A DNA stretch of 64,000 nucleotides from an uncultured Verrucomicrobiae bacterium (GTDB lineage: Bacteria; Verrucomicrobiota; Verrucomicrobiia; Limisphaerales; Palsa-1400). Location: positions 5,312,001-5,376,000 of the forward strand of contig OY969763.1 in NCBI GenBank assembly GCA_963702845.1, written 5' to 3'. A program made the position numbers and the translations under genes. Within the stretch, counting starts at the first letter, position 1, and every line of letters begins with the position of its first letter. Positions 40,806 to 50,775 of the stretch are shown here, in pieces. The notes under the pieces are model-generated. The model was not told the DNA's origin, did not search any database, and saw only the letters and a list, made by a program, of their open reading frames with translations.

Positions 40806-40861
40806 TTTCAAGGGCCTTACGCCGCAATAGACACCCGGTTGCCACAGGGTTAGTTTGTAGG

Positions 40862-42022
40862 GTGAGAACGGTTGAGGAAGTCACTAGACCAGTGACTCGC
40901 CAGCGTGCTGTAAAAAGCTACGTCGGTCGGGTGGTCTACATGTACGCCTTTGACCTCGCGTACGAAATGGAGCGGCTTCCTATCACTCACCTGCTCGGCC
41001 AACCGGTTGCGCAGTATTCGGTCGATTCGAGTAAGCGCAACCCGAGGCACCTCTTTTTTTATCGACCGCAGATGGTGCGTTTACCGCTAACGGAGCGCGT
41101 TGGCCCGCACGGAAGAATTCGCATGGAACGCGCGGTGAAACTTTTGCCGGTCGGCGCAGTGAGCATCACGGTGTCCGTTCCATTCAACGTTCGGTCGATT
41201 GAGGACCTCGTTGTTTACCACGATCTCGAGTTCACCAATGGCGTACTCAACTACGAAGTGCGAGAAATGGCCGAAGAGATTCGCACCGAGCTCGCCCCGT
41301 ATCTGATCAGGCCGGTACCGAAGTTGGCCGACGAGGAGGCGTATACAGTTTTTTGCATCGATGCGCCGCTGGTGACGGAAGACAGCTTGCCGCTGAGCGC
41401 GGAGGATTTGTTGCACGAGCATCGGCGCGAGGTGGCGGCGCTGTTAACCCAGGAAACAGATCCGGGACAGTTGTCGCGTCAGGAAGCCGATGAATCGACC
41501 GGTCGATATCTCAGTTATTACGAGAACGACTTAATCGTTATCGACTGGGACGCCGCGCTCGTCGTGCAGGAGCCGATGCAGATCGACGAGACGCTTTACG
41601 TGTTGGAATTGGCGAATCTGCAACTCGCAGAACTGGAAGCTTACGATCGCATTCTCGACACCGCACTGGAGCGGTCCTATCGCGATTTGTCTAACAAGGG
41701 GAATCGACGCGGACGCGGCGGCGTGTTGCGCGAACTGCGGGAGATTCGGATTGATCTGGCGCGGTTCAGCGATGAGCTGTCGAACATCACGAAGTTTTTC
41801 GGTGATTGGCATCTCGCCCGCATTTACGAAAACATCGCCGCTCGTTTTCATCTGGCGGATTGGCATCGCACGATTGACGAGAAGCTCGAGACGCTCGACA
41901 ACCTCTACCAAATGTTAAACCAGGATCGCATGAATCGTTACATGCTGATGTTGGAAGTGACGATTGTGCTGCTGTTCGTCATTGATCTGATATTGCTGGT
42001 GATGGGCTTTAAGCGCCCGTGA
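40862..42022 (+). CDS. Hypothetical protein with a C-terminal membrane helix (RMD1/DUF155-like)
   Basis: C-terminal half of ORF 40115-42022: [36 protein letters not shown]. Confidence 0.65.
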   Translation: MRTVEEVTRPVTRQRAVKSYVGRVVYMYAFDLAYEMERLPITHLLGQPVAQYSVDSSKRNPRHLFFYRPQMVRLPLTERVGPHGRIRMERAVKLLPVGAVSITVSVPFNVRSIEDLVVYHDLEFTNGVLNYEVREMAEEIRTELAPYLIRPVPKLADEEAYTVFCIDAPLVTEDSLPLSAEDLLHEHRREVAALLTQETDPGQLSRQEADESTGRYLSYYENDLIVIDWDAALVVQEPMQIDETLYVLELANLQLAELEAYDRILDTALERSYRDLSNKGNRRGRGGVLRELREIRIDLARFSDELSNITKFFGDWHLARIYENIAARFHLADWHRTIDEKLETLDNLYQMLNQDRMNRYMLMLEVTIVLLFVIDLILLVMGFKRP

Positions 42023-42083
42023 CCCCCTCACTTCGGCCCGCAACCTTGTTGCTTTGCCGGTGTTTAGGTTAAAGTTGCTCAAG

Positions 42084-42722
42084 ATGGCCATAGCCACGTC
42101 TCCAGACCCCGATGCTGAGTTGATGCTCCGTGTGAAAGACGGGGACGTGCAGGCTTTTGAGTCGTTGGTGGACAAATACAAGCAGCCAATCATCAACCTG
42201 ATCTATCGCATGCTGCACGACCTCGAGGAGGCCGAGGACCTTGCCCAAAATGTTTTCGTTCGCGCCTATCAATCGGCTAATCGCTACGAGGTTTCAGCGA
42301 AGTTTTCCACGTGGTTATTCACCATTGCACGACGCCTTTGCCTGAATGAATTGCGTCGAAGGAGTCGCCACCCGGCTGAATCGCTGGAAGCCAGCCAGGA
42401 CGACGAGCACGCGCCCCGCCAATACCGGGATGCGAAGACGTTTTCGCCGCCGGACCAATTTCTCCATCGCGAACTCGAGCAGAAGATTCAGGAAGCGTTG
42501 GACGAACTTCCTGAGAAGCAACGTCTTGCGATTTTGATGTGCCGGGCGGACGAACATTCTTACGACGAGATTGCCAAGTCGCTGGATTGCTCCGTTTCGG
42601 CGACCAAATCTTTGATTCATCGCGGCCGCGAAACGTTAAAAGAAAAGCTCAAGCCATACCTGCAAACAGGGGCTTGGGACGAGGATTCTACGGAAACTTT
42701 ACCATTAAAACGGTGTTTATGA
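42084..42722 (+). CDS. ECF RNA polymerase sigma-70 factor
   Basis: AEDLAQNVF, FSTWLFTIARR, LPEKQR...SYDEIA...KSLIHRGR. Confidence 0.95.
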   Translation: MAIATSPDPDAELMLRVKDGDVQAFESLVDKYKQPIINLIYRMLHDLEEAEDLAQNVFVRAYQSANRYEVSAKFSTWLFTIARRLCLNELRRRSRHPAESLEASQDDEHAPRQYRDAKTFSPPDQFLHRELEQKIQEALDELPEKQRLAILMCRADEHSYDEIAKSLDCSVSATKSLIHRGRETLKEKLKPYLQTGAWDEDSTETLPLKRCL

Positions 42723-43228
42723 ATAATGAGAGTATGAATAAACCCACCTACAACCAGATGAAGGAAAAAAGCTGGGTGGAACCATTGTCCGCCCAGGAAA
42801 GCGATGAGCTGCGGCAGTTGCTCGCGGCCAACCCGGAACAGCAACAGGATTGGGACGAGGAAGCTTCTTTGACGACCGCGCTCAACCGGCTGCCGGATGC
42901 TCCCGTGTCATCGAACTTCACGTCGCGCGTCATGCAAGCGGTGCAACGCGCACACGCGGAGACCGAACGCAAGCATACGCCATGGCAGGAGTTCTGGCGC
43001 TATGGTTGGGCGGCGAAATTCGGCGTCGTGATCGCGATGCTTTGCCTGGGGACATTTTCGTTTCGTGAATATCAGGCCAACGCGCGGGCGAAGCTTGCTG
43101 CTGACGTAAAGGCGTTCGCCGAAACGGCACCGATTCCGCAGGTCGATTGGCTCAAGAACTTCGACACCATTGAGCAAATGAGCAAAGTCCAGGTCGCTGA
43201 TAATGAACTGATGATGGCCCGACAATAA
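42719..43228 (+). CDS. Putative membrane-anchored anti-sigma factor
   Basis: Overlaps the sigma stop codon; PVSSNFTSRVM followed by a single transmembrane helix. Confidence 0.7.
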   Translation: MNNESMNKPTYNQMKEKSWVEPLSAQESDELRQLLAANPEQQQDWDEEASLTTALNRLPDAPVSSNFTSRVMQAVQRAHAETERKHTPWQEFWRYGWAAKFGVVIAMLCLGTFSFREYQANARAKLAADVKAFAETAPIPQVDWLKNFDTIEQMSKVQVADNELMMARQ

Positions 43229-44241
43229 TGCGCATTCATTTTCAAATTAAATGCTGGCGGGCCGTGGGTGTGGTCAGCGCTGTGGCGACGATCACGGTGA
43301 TGGGCGAACCGTTGCATGTGCCGATGCCGCCATTGCCGCCCGGTGCTGCAGTGCGGGCGAGCACCGAAGTGTCCGCCCCTGTGCCGCCGCCTTTGCCATC
43401 GCCGGTGGAGAATTTCCGTTTTTGGCTAGGTCTTTCACCAGCGGAACGCGCGCCTTTGCTGGCCAGTATGCCAGACGCGCAACGCAAAGCACTCGAAGCA
43501 AAGCTGGCGAATTACGAAGTGCTGTCGCCAGACGCGCAAGAACTGCGCTTACGTGAGACACAACTTCATTGGCAGCTCCTCGCGCTGATGAAGCTCCCGG
43601 CCAATCAACGCAAGGAACGACTGGCGCACATGTCGTCGGCTAATCGCGCGTTGGCCTTAGAACGTTTGCAGCAATGGGACGCGCTGCCGGTCGCGAAACA
43701 GAAAACGTTTTTGGAAAATGAAGAGGTGATCAACGTTTACCTGGAACTGCAGGAAACCCCACAGCACGAGCGCGGCAAAGTGTTGGCCGGCATGGCGCCG
43801 GAGGTGCGGTTCCCGCTGGAGCAGCGTTTGCAAAAGTGGAACGGCATGCCCGCGCCGCAACGACAGGAGCTGTCGGACCGCTTCTCGCAATTGTTCCAAT
43901 TGCCCGATCGCGACAAGGACAACATCGTGGCCGCTTTGCCCGAGGCCACTCGCAAACAATTCGCGATGTTGACCGATTCGTTGAAGAATTTGCCGCTGGA
44001 TGAGCGGAAGCGTTGCTCGGCTGCGTTGAATAAGTTTTTGAAGATGTCGCCCGACGAGCAAAACCGATTCCTGCAAAACGCAGTGCGCTGGCAGAAGATG
44101 AGCGAGAAAGAACACAACGCCTGGCGGCAGGTTATTCACTCCGCGCCGACGTTGCCGCCACTTCCAAACGGTGTGGAAATGCCGCCTATGCCGCCGTTGA
44201 TAGCCGGGACTAACAGCGTCGTGCCGGCCAACACCCCGTAA
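43228..44241 (+). CDS. DUF3106-like periplasmic helical repeat protein
   Basis: Signal-like N-terminus; repeated W/F-x-x-L/M-P/S-x-x-Q/E-R units; Pro-rich ends; third gene of the ECF operon. Confidence 0.7.
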   Translation: MRIHFQIKCWRAVGVVSAVATITVMGEPLHVPMPPLPPGAAVRASTEVSAPVPPPLPSPVENFRFWLGLSPAERAPLLASMPDAQRKALEAKLANYEVLSPDAQELRLRETQLHWQLLALMKLPANQRKERLAHMSSANRALALERLQQWDALPVAKQKTFLENEEVINVYLELQETPQHERGKVLAGMAPEVRFPLEQRLQKWNGMPAPQRQELSDRFSQLFQLPDRDKDNIVAALPEATRKQFAMLTDSLKNLPLDERKRCSAALNKFLKMSPDEQNRFLQNAVRWQKMSEKEHNAWRQVIHSAPTLPPLPNGVEMPPMPPLIAGTNSVVPANTP

Positions 44242-44323
44242 CTCTTTCTTGCCCAGCAATTCGCTACCCTCGTTGAATTTGATTTTGACCGCAGCCGTCA
44301 GATTTGGAACTATCGCCACTTAT

Positions 44324-44737
44324 ATGTCATTAAAACTTTATGTTTGTGCAGCGTTGTCAGCTTGTGCGGTAACCGCCTTCGCCGCCGGAATCGATGCGAG
44401 CAAGTTGCCGCCGGCCTCCGACCAGAAGGATGTCACCTACGACAAGGACATTAAACCGATCTTCGAAACGTCATGCTTCCATTGCCACAGCGCAAAAGCT
44501 GAGAAGCTCAAAGGCAAGCTGAAGCTCGATACGTTGGCCGGTGCGCTCAAGGGTGGCGCCAACGGCAAAGACATCATCCCGGGCGACAGCGCCAAGAGCC
44601 CGCTCGTAGCGGCTGTGTCACACGTCGGCGATGAAGACGATTTCATGCCGCCCAAGAAAGCCGAAGCGAAGAATCCTCCTTTGACTCCCGCGCAAATCGG
44701 CCTGATCCGCGCGTGGATCGATCAAGGCGCGAAATAA
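44324..44737 (+). CDS. Planctomycete-type monoheme cytochrome c
   Basis: Signal peptide, DIKPIFETSCFHCH, IIPGDSAKS, MPP, LIRAWIDQGA. Confidence 0.9.
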   Translation: MSLKLYVCAALSACAVTAFAAGIDASKLPPASDQKDVTYDKDIKPIFETSCFHCHSAKAEKLKGKLKLDTLAGALKGGANGKDIIPGDSAKSPLVAAVSHVGDEDDFMPPKKAEAKNPPLTPAQIGLIRAWIDQGAK

Positions 44738-44756
44738 CGGCCTGAAGTTTTTCCGA

Positions 44757-44786
44757 AGCCGCTCGTTCACGCGAGCGGCTTTTTTA
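44757..44786 (+). terminator. Intrinsic terminator
   Basis: AGCCGCTCG-TTCACG-CGAGCGGCT followed by TTTTT. Confidence 0.8.
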
Positions 44787-46067
44787 TTTCTGCCATGGCA
44801 GCTCGCGGATGTAGATGTTTTTGAACCAGAGCTGGCTGTTGTGATTTTGCAATTCGATCGTGCCGAATGCATACAGAGGATTGCCGGGCTCAATCGAATT
44901 CTCGAACGTGACGTGGTTCACCACCACTTCGCCGTTGAGGTAAACGGTTACTTTATCACCGACGAGCAAGATCTGAAACTGGTTCCATTCGCCGATCGGC
45001 TTGTCCTCGCGTTTGGTTGGGACATTCGAGTTTTTGGTGTTGTTATGAATGCCACCTGAGCCGACTGAATGGTCGCGCTTGCCCTTCTTGCTCGCCGGAT
45101 CCCAAATTTGCACTTGCGGACAACCGCGCAGGTAAATGCCGCTGTCGCCGTCTTTGGTAATTTTCCAATCGACCCACAATTCGTAATCGCCGTAATCCTT
45201 GGCGGTGCAGAGATTTTTTCCTTTGCCGTCGAACGCAATTGCGCCGTCCCCTACGCGCCAATGTTGTTTCATGCTTTGATCCGCTTTCTTTTGTGCAGCG
45301 GCTAATTCTTCAGCGGACATTTTCGCTCGTTGCGCAGGGCTGCCAACGAAGCCTTTCCAACCGTTGAGGTTTTTCCCATTGAACAAGGTTTTGAAGCCCG
45401 AAGGCGGGGTGTTGTCTTTGTGTTTTGTAGGAAGTTCTTTAACGCGCAGGTTGCGGAATTCGGCGTAGTCATCGTGGCCAAGAAAACCGATGTGCCCGCG
45501 AGGACGAAGCATGCCGGGATGATGGGCGAGGGTTTCGGCGTTGGTGACGTCGTTGAGATTCGCGTCAACAATGGCGTGGCCGTTGAGGACGACTTTGATG
45601 TGACGACCATCGGCGGTGATTTCTTCCTGGTTCCATTCACCGACTGGTTTTTGAAAACCAACTTTCGGAGCGACGATGTTGTAGATGGCACCGTGATGTT
45701 GCCAAGGTTGGAGCGGCCCGTATTTTTTCTCGTTGTCGTCGATCACCTGAATTTCCATGCCCATATAAGCCGCGTCATTTTCGAACGGCGCACGGATTCC
45801 GATACCGTTATTGGAGTCCGGTTCGAGTCGAAACTCAAAACGCAGCACGAAATTTTCGTATTCCTTTTCGGTGAACAAATTTCCGCCGCCGCCGTGCTCG
45901 CAAAAAACGATTCCGTCTTTCACACCGTAACCGCGGCCATTGCGATTCATCAGCTTCCAACCGTCTAGAGTTTTGCCGTCGAAAATGGAAACGAACCCGC
46001 GTTCGACAGCGGCGAACGATGTGATGCATGACAGCAGGACAAACGAGAAAAGAAAAACGCGGCGCAT
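44784..46067 (-). CDS. Secreted protein with two DUF1080 (3-keto-disaccharide hydrolase-like) domains
   Basis: Two copies of FDGKTLDGW/FNGKNLNGW...NNGI/DSGI...KPxGEWN...GHI/GTI...FRN/FKNI. Confidence 0.9.
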   Translation of the reverse strand: MRRVFLFSFVLLSCITSFAAVERGFVSIFDGKTLDGWKLMNRNGRGYGVKDGIVFCEHGGGGNLFTEKEYENFVLRFEFRLEPDSNNGIGIRAPFENDAAYMGMEIQVIDDNEKKYGPLQPWQHHGAIYNIVAPKVGFQKPVGEWNQEEITADGRHIKVVLNGHAIVDANLNDVTNAETLAHHPGMLRPRGHIGFLGHDDYAEFRNLRVKELPTKHKDNTPPSGFKTLFNGKNLNGWKGFVGSPAQRAKMSAEELAAAQKKADQSMKQHWRVGDGAIAFDGKGKNLCTAKDYGDYELWVDWKITKDGDSGIYLRGCPQVQIWDPASKKGKRDHSVGSGGIHNNTKNSNVPTKREDKPIGEWNQFQILLVGDKVTVYLNGEVVVNHVTFENSIEPGNPLYAFGTIELQNHNSQLWFKNIYIRELPWQK

Positions 46068-46138
46068 TGCTGTATTCAGTAGTCAGCCGGGAAATGCCAG
46101 TCAATCGCTATTGTCAGCACGCTTACTCAGGCGAGCGG

Positions 46139-47011
46139 TTAAACCAATTGCTTCGCGCGCTTTTGCAGTTCGTCGATAAAAGCCTGCGCGAGCGGGGTGG
46201 CTTTGCCGCGCCACATCGCGCCCACGTTCATCGATGGAAATTCGGGCAATGGAATTACTCGCACTTCAGGCGGCAACGGCGTGTTCGGCACGAGGACGGA
46301 GAGCCCGATTCCGTAGCCGCTTTTGACGTAGGCCGTGACGAGGTTTAGCGTGCTGACTTCTATGCTCGGGAACCAGTCGATACCCATTTTCGCGAGCTGT
46401 GCCTGAAATACGCGACAGACGATTTCATTCGGCGCGAGGCAAATCAGTGGTTCATCCAAGCGGTCGCGCTTCCACAATTCGCATGCAGCTTTGATTGGGC
46501 TGTTCTTGGAGACAAGCAGGATGAGCGGCAAATTCAGCAGCGGTTCCGAGTGAATGCCTGCGAGCGTCTTGCCGTTGACCAGGGTCACTGCAAGATCGAT
46601 TTCCCCACTGTGCAGCCATGATTCCAATTGCGGCTGATGCGATTCGCGCAACGTGATTTTTAGTTTTGGAAATTTCTTCCGAACGTTCTGCACTAGTTCC
46701 GGCAAATGATCGCGCAAGACGATTTCAGACGCGCCAATGCGAATGTGATGCGCGGTGCCGCCCTGGAGTTTTGTCGCGACGACATCGAGCCTGCTGAAGA
46801 ACGGTTCGATAAAATCGAAAAGCGCTTTGCCCGCCGCCGTGAGCGCAAAGGGCCGGCGCTGGAACAACGGCGTGCCGAGGTATTCTTCGAGTTGGATGAT
46901 TTGGCCGCTCACCGCTGGTTGTTGAATGCCGTAGGGAATATTGCGCACAGCTTCACTGATGCCCCCGTGACGCGCGACGTAATAGAACAACTCGAGGTGA
47001 TGAACGTTCAT
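46139..47011 (-). CDS. LysR family transcriptional regulator
   Basis: HHLELFYYVARHGGISEA...QPAVSGQIIQLEEYLG...LFQR. Confidence 0.95.
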   Translation of the reverse strand: MNVHHLELFYYVARHGGISEAVRNIPYGIQQPAVSGQIIQLEEYLGTPLFQRRPFALTAAGKALFDFIEPFFSRLDVVATKLQGGTAHHIRIGASEIVLRDHLPELVQNVRKKFPKLKITLRESHQPQLESWLHSGEIDLAVTLVNGKTLAGIHSEPLLNLPLILLVSKNSPIKAACELWKRDRLDEPLICLAPNEIVCRVFQAQLAKMGIDWFPSIEVSTLNLVTAYVKSGYGIGLSVLVPNTPLPPEVRVIPLPEFPSMNVGAMWRGKATPLAQAFIDELQKRAKQLV

Positions 47012-47012
47012 T

Positions 47013-47027
47013 ATCAGTCTAATCGAT
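47013..47027. promoter_or_regulatory. LysR recognition box (T-N11-A)
   Basis: ATC-AGTCTAATC-GAT next to the LysR start codon in the divergent promoter region. Confidence 0.6.
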
Positions 47028-47084
47028 GGTCAGGAGAGTTTTATCAATTAACCGGCTGCAAGCAAGGCGAGTTACAAATCGTAC

Positions 47085-47573
47085 ATGAACACTATCAATT
47101 TACTGGTGGCGTGGATCTGGATCGGACTGGGGTTCCTGTCCGGCCTGCTCCTCGGGTTTTGGTTCAATCGCGAGCAATGGCTCGGTGGTTACGCGAGTTG
47201 GAAGCGCCGATTGTATCGGCTCGGCCACATTTCCTTTTTCGGTTTGGGCATGGTGAACCTGATGTTCTACTTCACCGCGCGGGTGATTCCATCGGGCGAT
47301 TCGTTCGCTGCGATCGCCTCGATCGGGTTTGTCGCGGGAGCGTTCACCATGCCCGTGTGTTGTCTCGTGATGGCGCATTTTCCCAAAGCCAAGGCGCTGT
47401 TTGCGGTGCCGGTTATCAGCTTGTTGATTGCCGGTGGGTTTACGGTCGCGGCTCTGGTGCGAAGCGCTAGTTCCCTCGGAAAAGCGGCAGCGGCCATGCC
47501 CGAGCACCCTCACGCGCCGAAAGATGCGGAAGCGGATACAGCAACAACGGCCCTCGCGGCTAATGGATTATGA
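47085..47573 (+). CDS. Hypothetical membrane protein (about 4 TM)
   Basis: Hydrophobic helices with WLGGYASWKRRLYRLGH; overlaps the radical SAM start. Confidence 0.75.
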   Translation: MNTINLLVAWIWIGLGFLSGLLLGFWFNREQWLGGYASWKRRLYRLGHISFFGLGMVNLMFYFTARVIPSGDSFAAIASIGFVAGAFTMPVCCLVMAHFPKAKALFAVPVISLLIAGGFTVAALVRSASSLGKAAAAMPEHPHAPKDAEADTATTALAANGL

Positions 47574-48928
47574 AAACGATTGGTTTCATTGCAATGAGCG
47601 GGGTGCGTGCGCACAACGAAGAACTGACTAAACTCGGACTGACCCTGCCCGGCTTTGTGGAACGAAACAAAACGATCGCTTCCCTGCCGAGCCTCGGCCT
47701 GCTCACGTTGGCGGGGATGACGCCGCGCGATCGTTTCAAGGTCAAATACTGTGAGATCGACGACCTGCGCAAATCTCCCGCGTTGCCGGAGCACTTTGAC
47801 ATGGTCGCTATTAGCACTTTCACGGCGCAGATTTTTGAGGCTTACGAAGTCGCTGATTTTTATCAGTCGCGAAACATTCCGGTGGTGATGGGCGGCATTA
47901 CGGTTTCATCTTTGGCCGAAGAGGCGAAGGCTCATTGCACGAGCGTGGTCATTGGTGAAGGCGAACCGCTTTGGCCGCTGGTACTGTACGACTTTGAGAA
48001 TGCCTCACTGAAACCGTTCTACCGACATGTTGCACATGGTTCGTTCGATTTACGCGATGCGCCGATGCCGCTCTTCGATTTGTTGGACCCGGAGAAATAC
48101 AATCGCATCACTGTCCAAACCAGTCGCGGTTGTCCGCACAAGTGTGAGTTCTGCGCCAGTTCAATTCTGATCACGCCACGTTACAAACTGAAACCGGTCG
48201 ACAAAGTCATCGACGAAATTCATGCCATCAAGCGCATTTGGCCGCGCCCGTTCATCGAGTTCGCCGACGACAACAGTTTCGTCAACGTCCGCCACTACAA
48301 AGAATTATTGCGCGCGCTCGAAAAAGAAAATCTGCGCTGGTTTACCGAAGCCGATTTGAATGTCGCCAAGGATGACGATCTGCTCGGTTTGATGCGTGAC
48401 TCAGGATGTCAGCAGATTCTGATTGGTTTGGAGAGCCCGCGCGTCGGAAGCCTCAACGGTATCGAGCTCAACGGCAATTGGAAGGCGCGCCAGCAAGACC
48501 ATTACAAAGCCGCCATTGCCAAGATTCAAAGCTACGGCATCACCGTGAACGGTTGTTTCATTCTCGGCCTCGACGGCGACACGCCGGATGTTTTTGAGCA
48601 GGTGCACGATTTCGTGCGCGACTCCGGATTGTATGAAGTTCAGATCACGTTTTTGACCGCTTTCCCAGGCACGCCGTTGTACGGAAGACTAAACGAGGAG
48701 GACCGAATCATCCGCGACCGTGCCTGGGAGCTTTGCACTTTGTTCGACATCAACATCCGTCCCAAAAATATGTCGGTGGAGCAATTGCAATCGGGCTTCC
48801 TCCAGCTCGCTAAACAATTGTACTCCGCCGAGGAGACGAATGAACGTCGTCTCGGGTTCCGGCAACGACTGAAAGCGTCTCCTCACTTTGGTGTTCGCGC
48901 GCGAACCGAAATGAAATTGGCCGCATAG
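47570..48928 (+). CDS. B12-binding-domain radical SAM protein
   Basis: PSLGLLTLAG, VVMGG, VIGEGE, QTSRGCPHKCEFC, FADDN, IGLES, FPGTPLY. Confidence 0.92.
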   Translation: MKTIGFIAMSGVRAHNEELTKLGLTLPGFVERNKTIASLPSLGLLTLAGMTPRDRFKVKYCEIDDLRKSPALPEHFDMVAISTFTAQIFEAYEVADFYQSRNIPVVMGGITVSSLAEEAKAHCTSVVIGEGEPLWPLVLYDFENASLKPFYRHVAHGSFDLRDAPMPLFDLLDPEKYNRITVQTSRGCPHKCEFCASSILITPRYKLKPVDKVIDEIHAIKRIWPRPFIEFADDNSFVNVRHYKELLRALEKENLRWFTEADLNVAKDDDLLGLMRDSGCQQILIGLESPRVGSLNGIELNGNWKARQQDHYKAAIAKIQSYGITVNGCFILGLDGDTPDVFEQVHDFVRDSGLYEVQITFLTAFPGTPLYGRLNEEDRIIRDRAWELCTLFDINIRPKNMSVEQLQSGFLQLAKQLYSAEETNERRLGFRQRLKASPHFGVRARTEMKLAA

Positions 48929-49026
48929 ACGTCACGTGGAATCCTTGATTCAATCGTTCAGGGGTCGAGTCCGTTGAAGTTCCTTTGGCCACGAGTTACC
49001 TTAACTCAGCGGGCGAAAGGAACTTT

Positions 49027-50682
49027 ATGAAATTCTCGGGTCATCACCTCAAGCGCTACAAAGACCTCGGTTTGCTCTACTTTCGCTACGGCCGTCCTGT
49101 GATGTCGTCGCCGATCGTTAATGGAGACGCCGATAACGACGAACATCCCGGCGCTGATCCCGACAAACTGCCGAATGATCTGGAGCGTCTCGGGCCGACG
49201 TTCGTGAAACTCGGCCAGCTCCTCTCCAGCCGGCCCGACCTGATGCCGCAGCGCTACATTCGTGCGCTGTCGCGCTTGCAGGATGATGTTGCGCCGTTTT
49301 CTTCCGAAGAAGCCGAACGAATCATCGAAGAGGAACTCGGCGGCAAGGTGTCGAAATTGTTTTCGGAGTTTAATCCAATTCCTACTGCGGCGGCTTCGCT
49401 CGGGCAAGTTCACAAGGCGCGCCTGCGCGATGGTCGCGAGGTCGTCGTGAAAGTGCAGCGTCCCAATATTCGCCAGCAGATTGCGGAAGATTTCGATGCG
49501 TTGCGGCAATTGGCGAGGTTCCTTTCGCGCCATACTGAATTTGGTTCGCGCTACGACTTGCAGGCGACGGTTGCGGAACTGGAGCAAACGCTCGCGCATG
49601 AACTGGACTACTGCCGGGAAGCGGCGAATTTACGCGCGCTCGGCCGGAACCTCGCCGAGTTCCCGCACATCGTTATTCCGCAACCAATCGACGATTACGT
49701 CACGCACCGAGTGCTCACGATGGAGTTTGTCGACGGCTCGAAGATCACCAGCTTGAATCCGGTCGTGCGCACAGATCTCGACGGCCTGGCGCTTGCCGGT
49801 GAATTGTTCCGCGCGTATTTGAAGCAAGTGCTGGTCGACGGTTTGTTCCATGCGGACCCGCATCCGGGCAACGTTTTCCTGACGCTGGATAACCGCATCG
49901 CGCTGTTGGATGTCGGGATGGTTGGTCATACTTCAGTTTCAATCCAGGAGGCGCTCTTGAAAATCCTGCTCGCGGTCGCGGAAGGCAACGGCGACGAGGC
50001 AGCGGACGTCGCCATTCGCATCAGCGAACAAAAGAATAATTTCGACGAAATGGTTTTCCGCCACAAAATCGCCCAGCTGGTGGCAGACCAGCATGACGCG
50101 CATCTTGGCCAAATGGATGTCGGCAAAATGGTGCTCACCGTCAGCTCGGCGGCGGCTGATTCCGGATTGCGCGTGCCTACGGAGTTGACGTTACTTGGCA
50201 AAACGCTGCTGCAGTTGGATGAAGTCGGCCGAATTCTCGCGCCGAACTTTGATCCGAACGCCTCCATCCGAAAACACGCGACGGAACTTCTCAGTCGGCG
50301 CATGAAAGAAACGCTAACCGAAGGCCGCGCTTACGCCGCGCTGCTGGAGGGTAAGGAATTCTTTAGCGCTTTGCCGTCACGCCTGAACAAAATTCTCGAT
50401 GCCGTCGGCAACGCTGAGTTGAACGTTAATGTTAAACCGGCGGAAACGCAGTTTGTCATGGAAGGATTTCAGAAGGTGGCGAACCGGATTTCAATCGGGC
50501 TCGTTCTCGCCGCGCTCATTATCGGCGCTGCGTTGCTCATGCAGGTCGACACTCCTTTCACCCTTTTCGGTTATCCCGGTCTTGCGATTGTTTTGTTTCT
50601 TGCCGCCGCCGCTGGTGGGTTCTGGTTTTTGATGAACGTGCTTTGGAGTGATCACAACCAACGGCACGCGGATCGCGATTAA
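49027..50682 (+). CDS. ABC1/UbiB family atypical kinase
   Basis: LGPTFVKLGQLLSSRPDL, AAASLGQVH, VKVQRP, FHADPHPGN, LLDVGMVG; two C-terminal TM helices. Confidence 0.93.
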   Translation: MKFSGHHLKRYKDLGLLYFRYGRPVMSSPIVNGDADNDEHPGADPDKLPNDLERLGPTFVKLGQLLSSRPDLMPQRYIRALSRLQDDVAPFSSEEAERIIEEELGGKVSKLFSEFNPIPTAAASLGQVHKARLRDGREVVVKVQRPNIRQQIAEDFDALRQLARFLSRHTEFGSRYDLQATVAELEQTLAHELDYCREAANLRALGRNLAEFPHIVIPQPIDDYVTHRVLTMEFVDGSKITSLNPVVRTDLDGLALAGELFRAYLKQVLVDGLFHADPHPGNVFLTLDNRIALLDVGMVGHTSVSIQEALLKILLAVAEGNGDEAADVAIRISEQKNNFDEMVFRHKIAQLVADQHDAHLGQMDVGKMVLTVSSAAADSGLRVPTELTLLGKTLLQLDEVGRILAPNFDPNASIRKHATELLSRRMKETLTEGRAYAALLEGKEFFSALPSRLNKILDAVGNAELNVNVKPAETQFVMEGFQKVANRISIGLVLAALIIGAALLMQVDTPFTLFGYPGLAIVLFLAAAAGGFWFLMNVLWSDHNQRHADRD

Positions 50683-50775
50683 GCATTCGCTTGATTGGCT
50701 GTTTCCGCACGACCTGAATGCGTTTTACGCTCTGCTCCGATTTTAAAAGTCGCCACGCCGTTCACAATCTTTCAC

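Noticed and set aside
40115..42022. 635-aa lipoate ligase / RMD1-like fusion ORF
   Set aside because: Conserved ligase motifs switch frames and a natural stop exists at 40805 in the corrected frame, so the fusion is best explained by indel errors.
21911..48945. Partial parS-like strings (about 21912, 36738, 48928)
   Set aside because: Only half-sites match and they are not palindromic.
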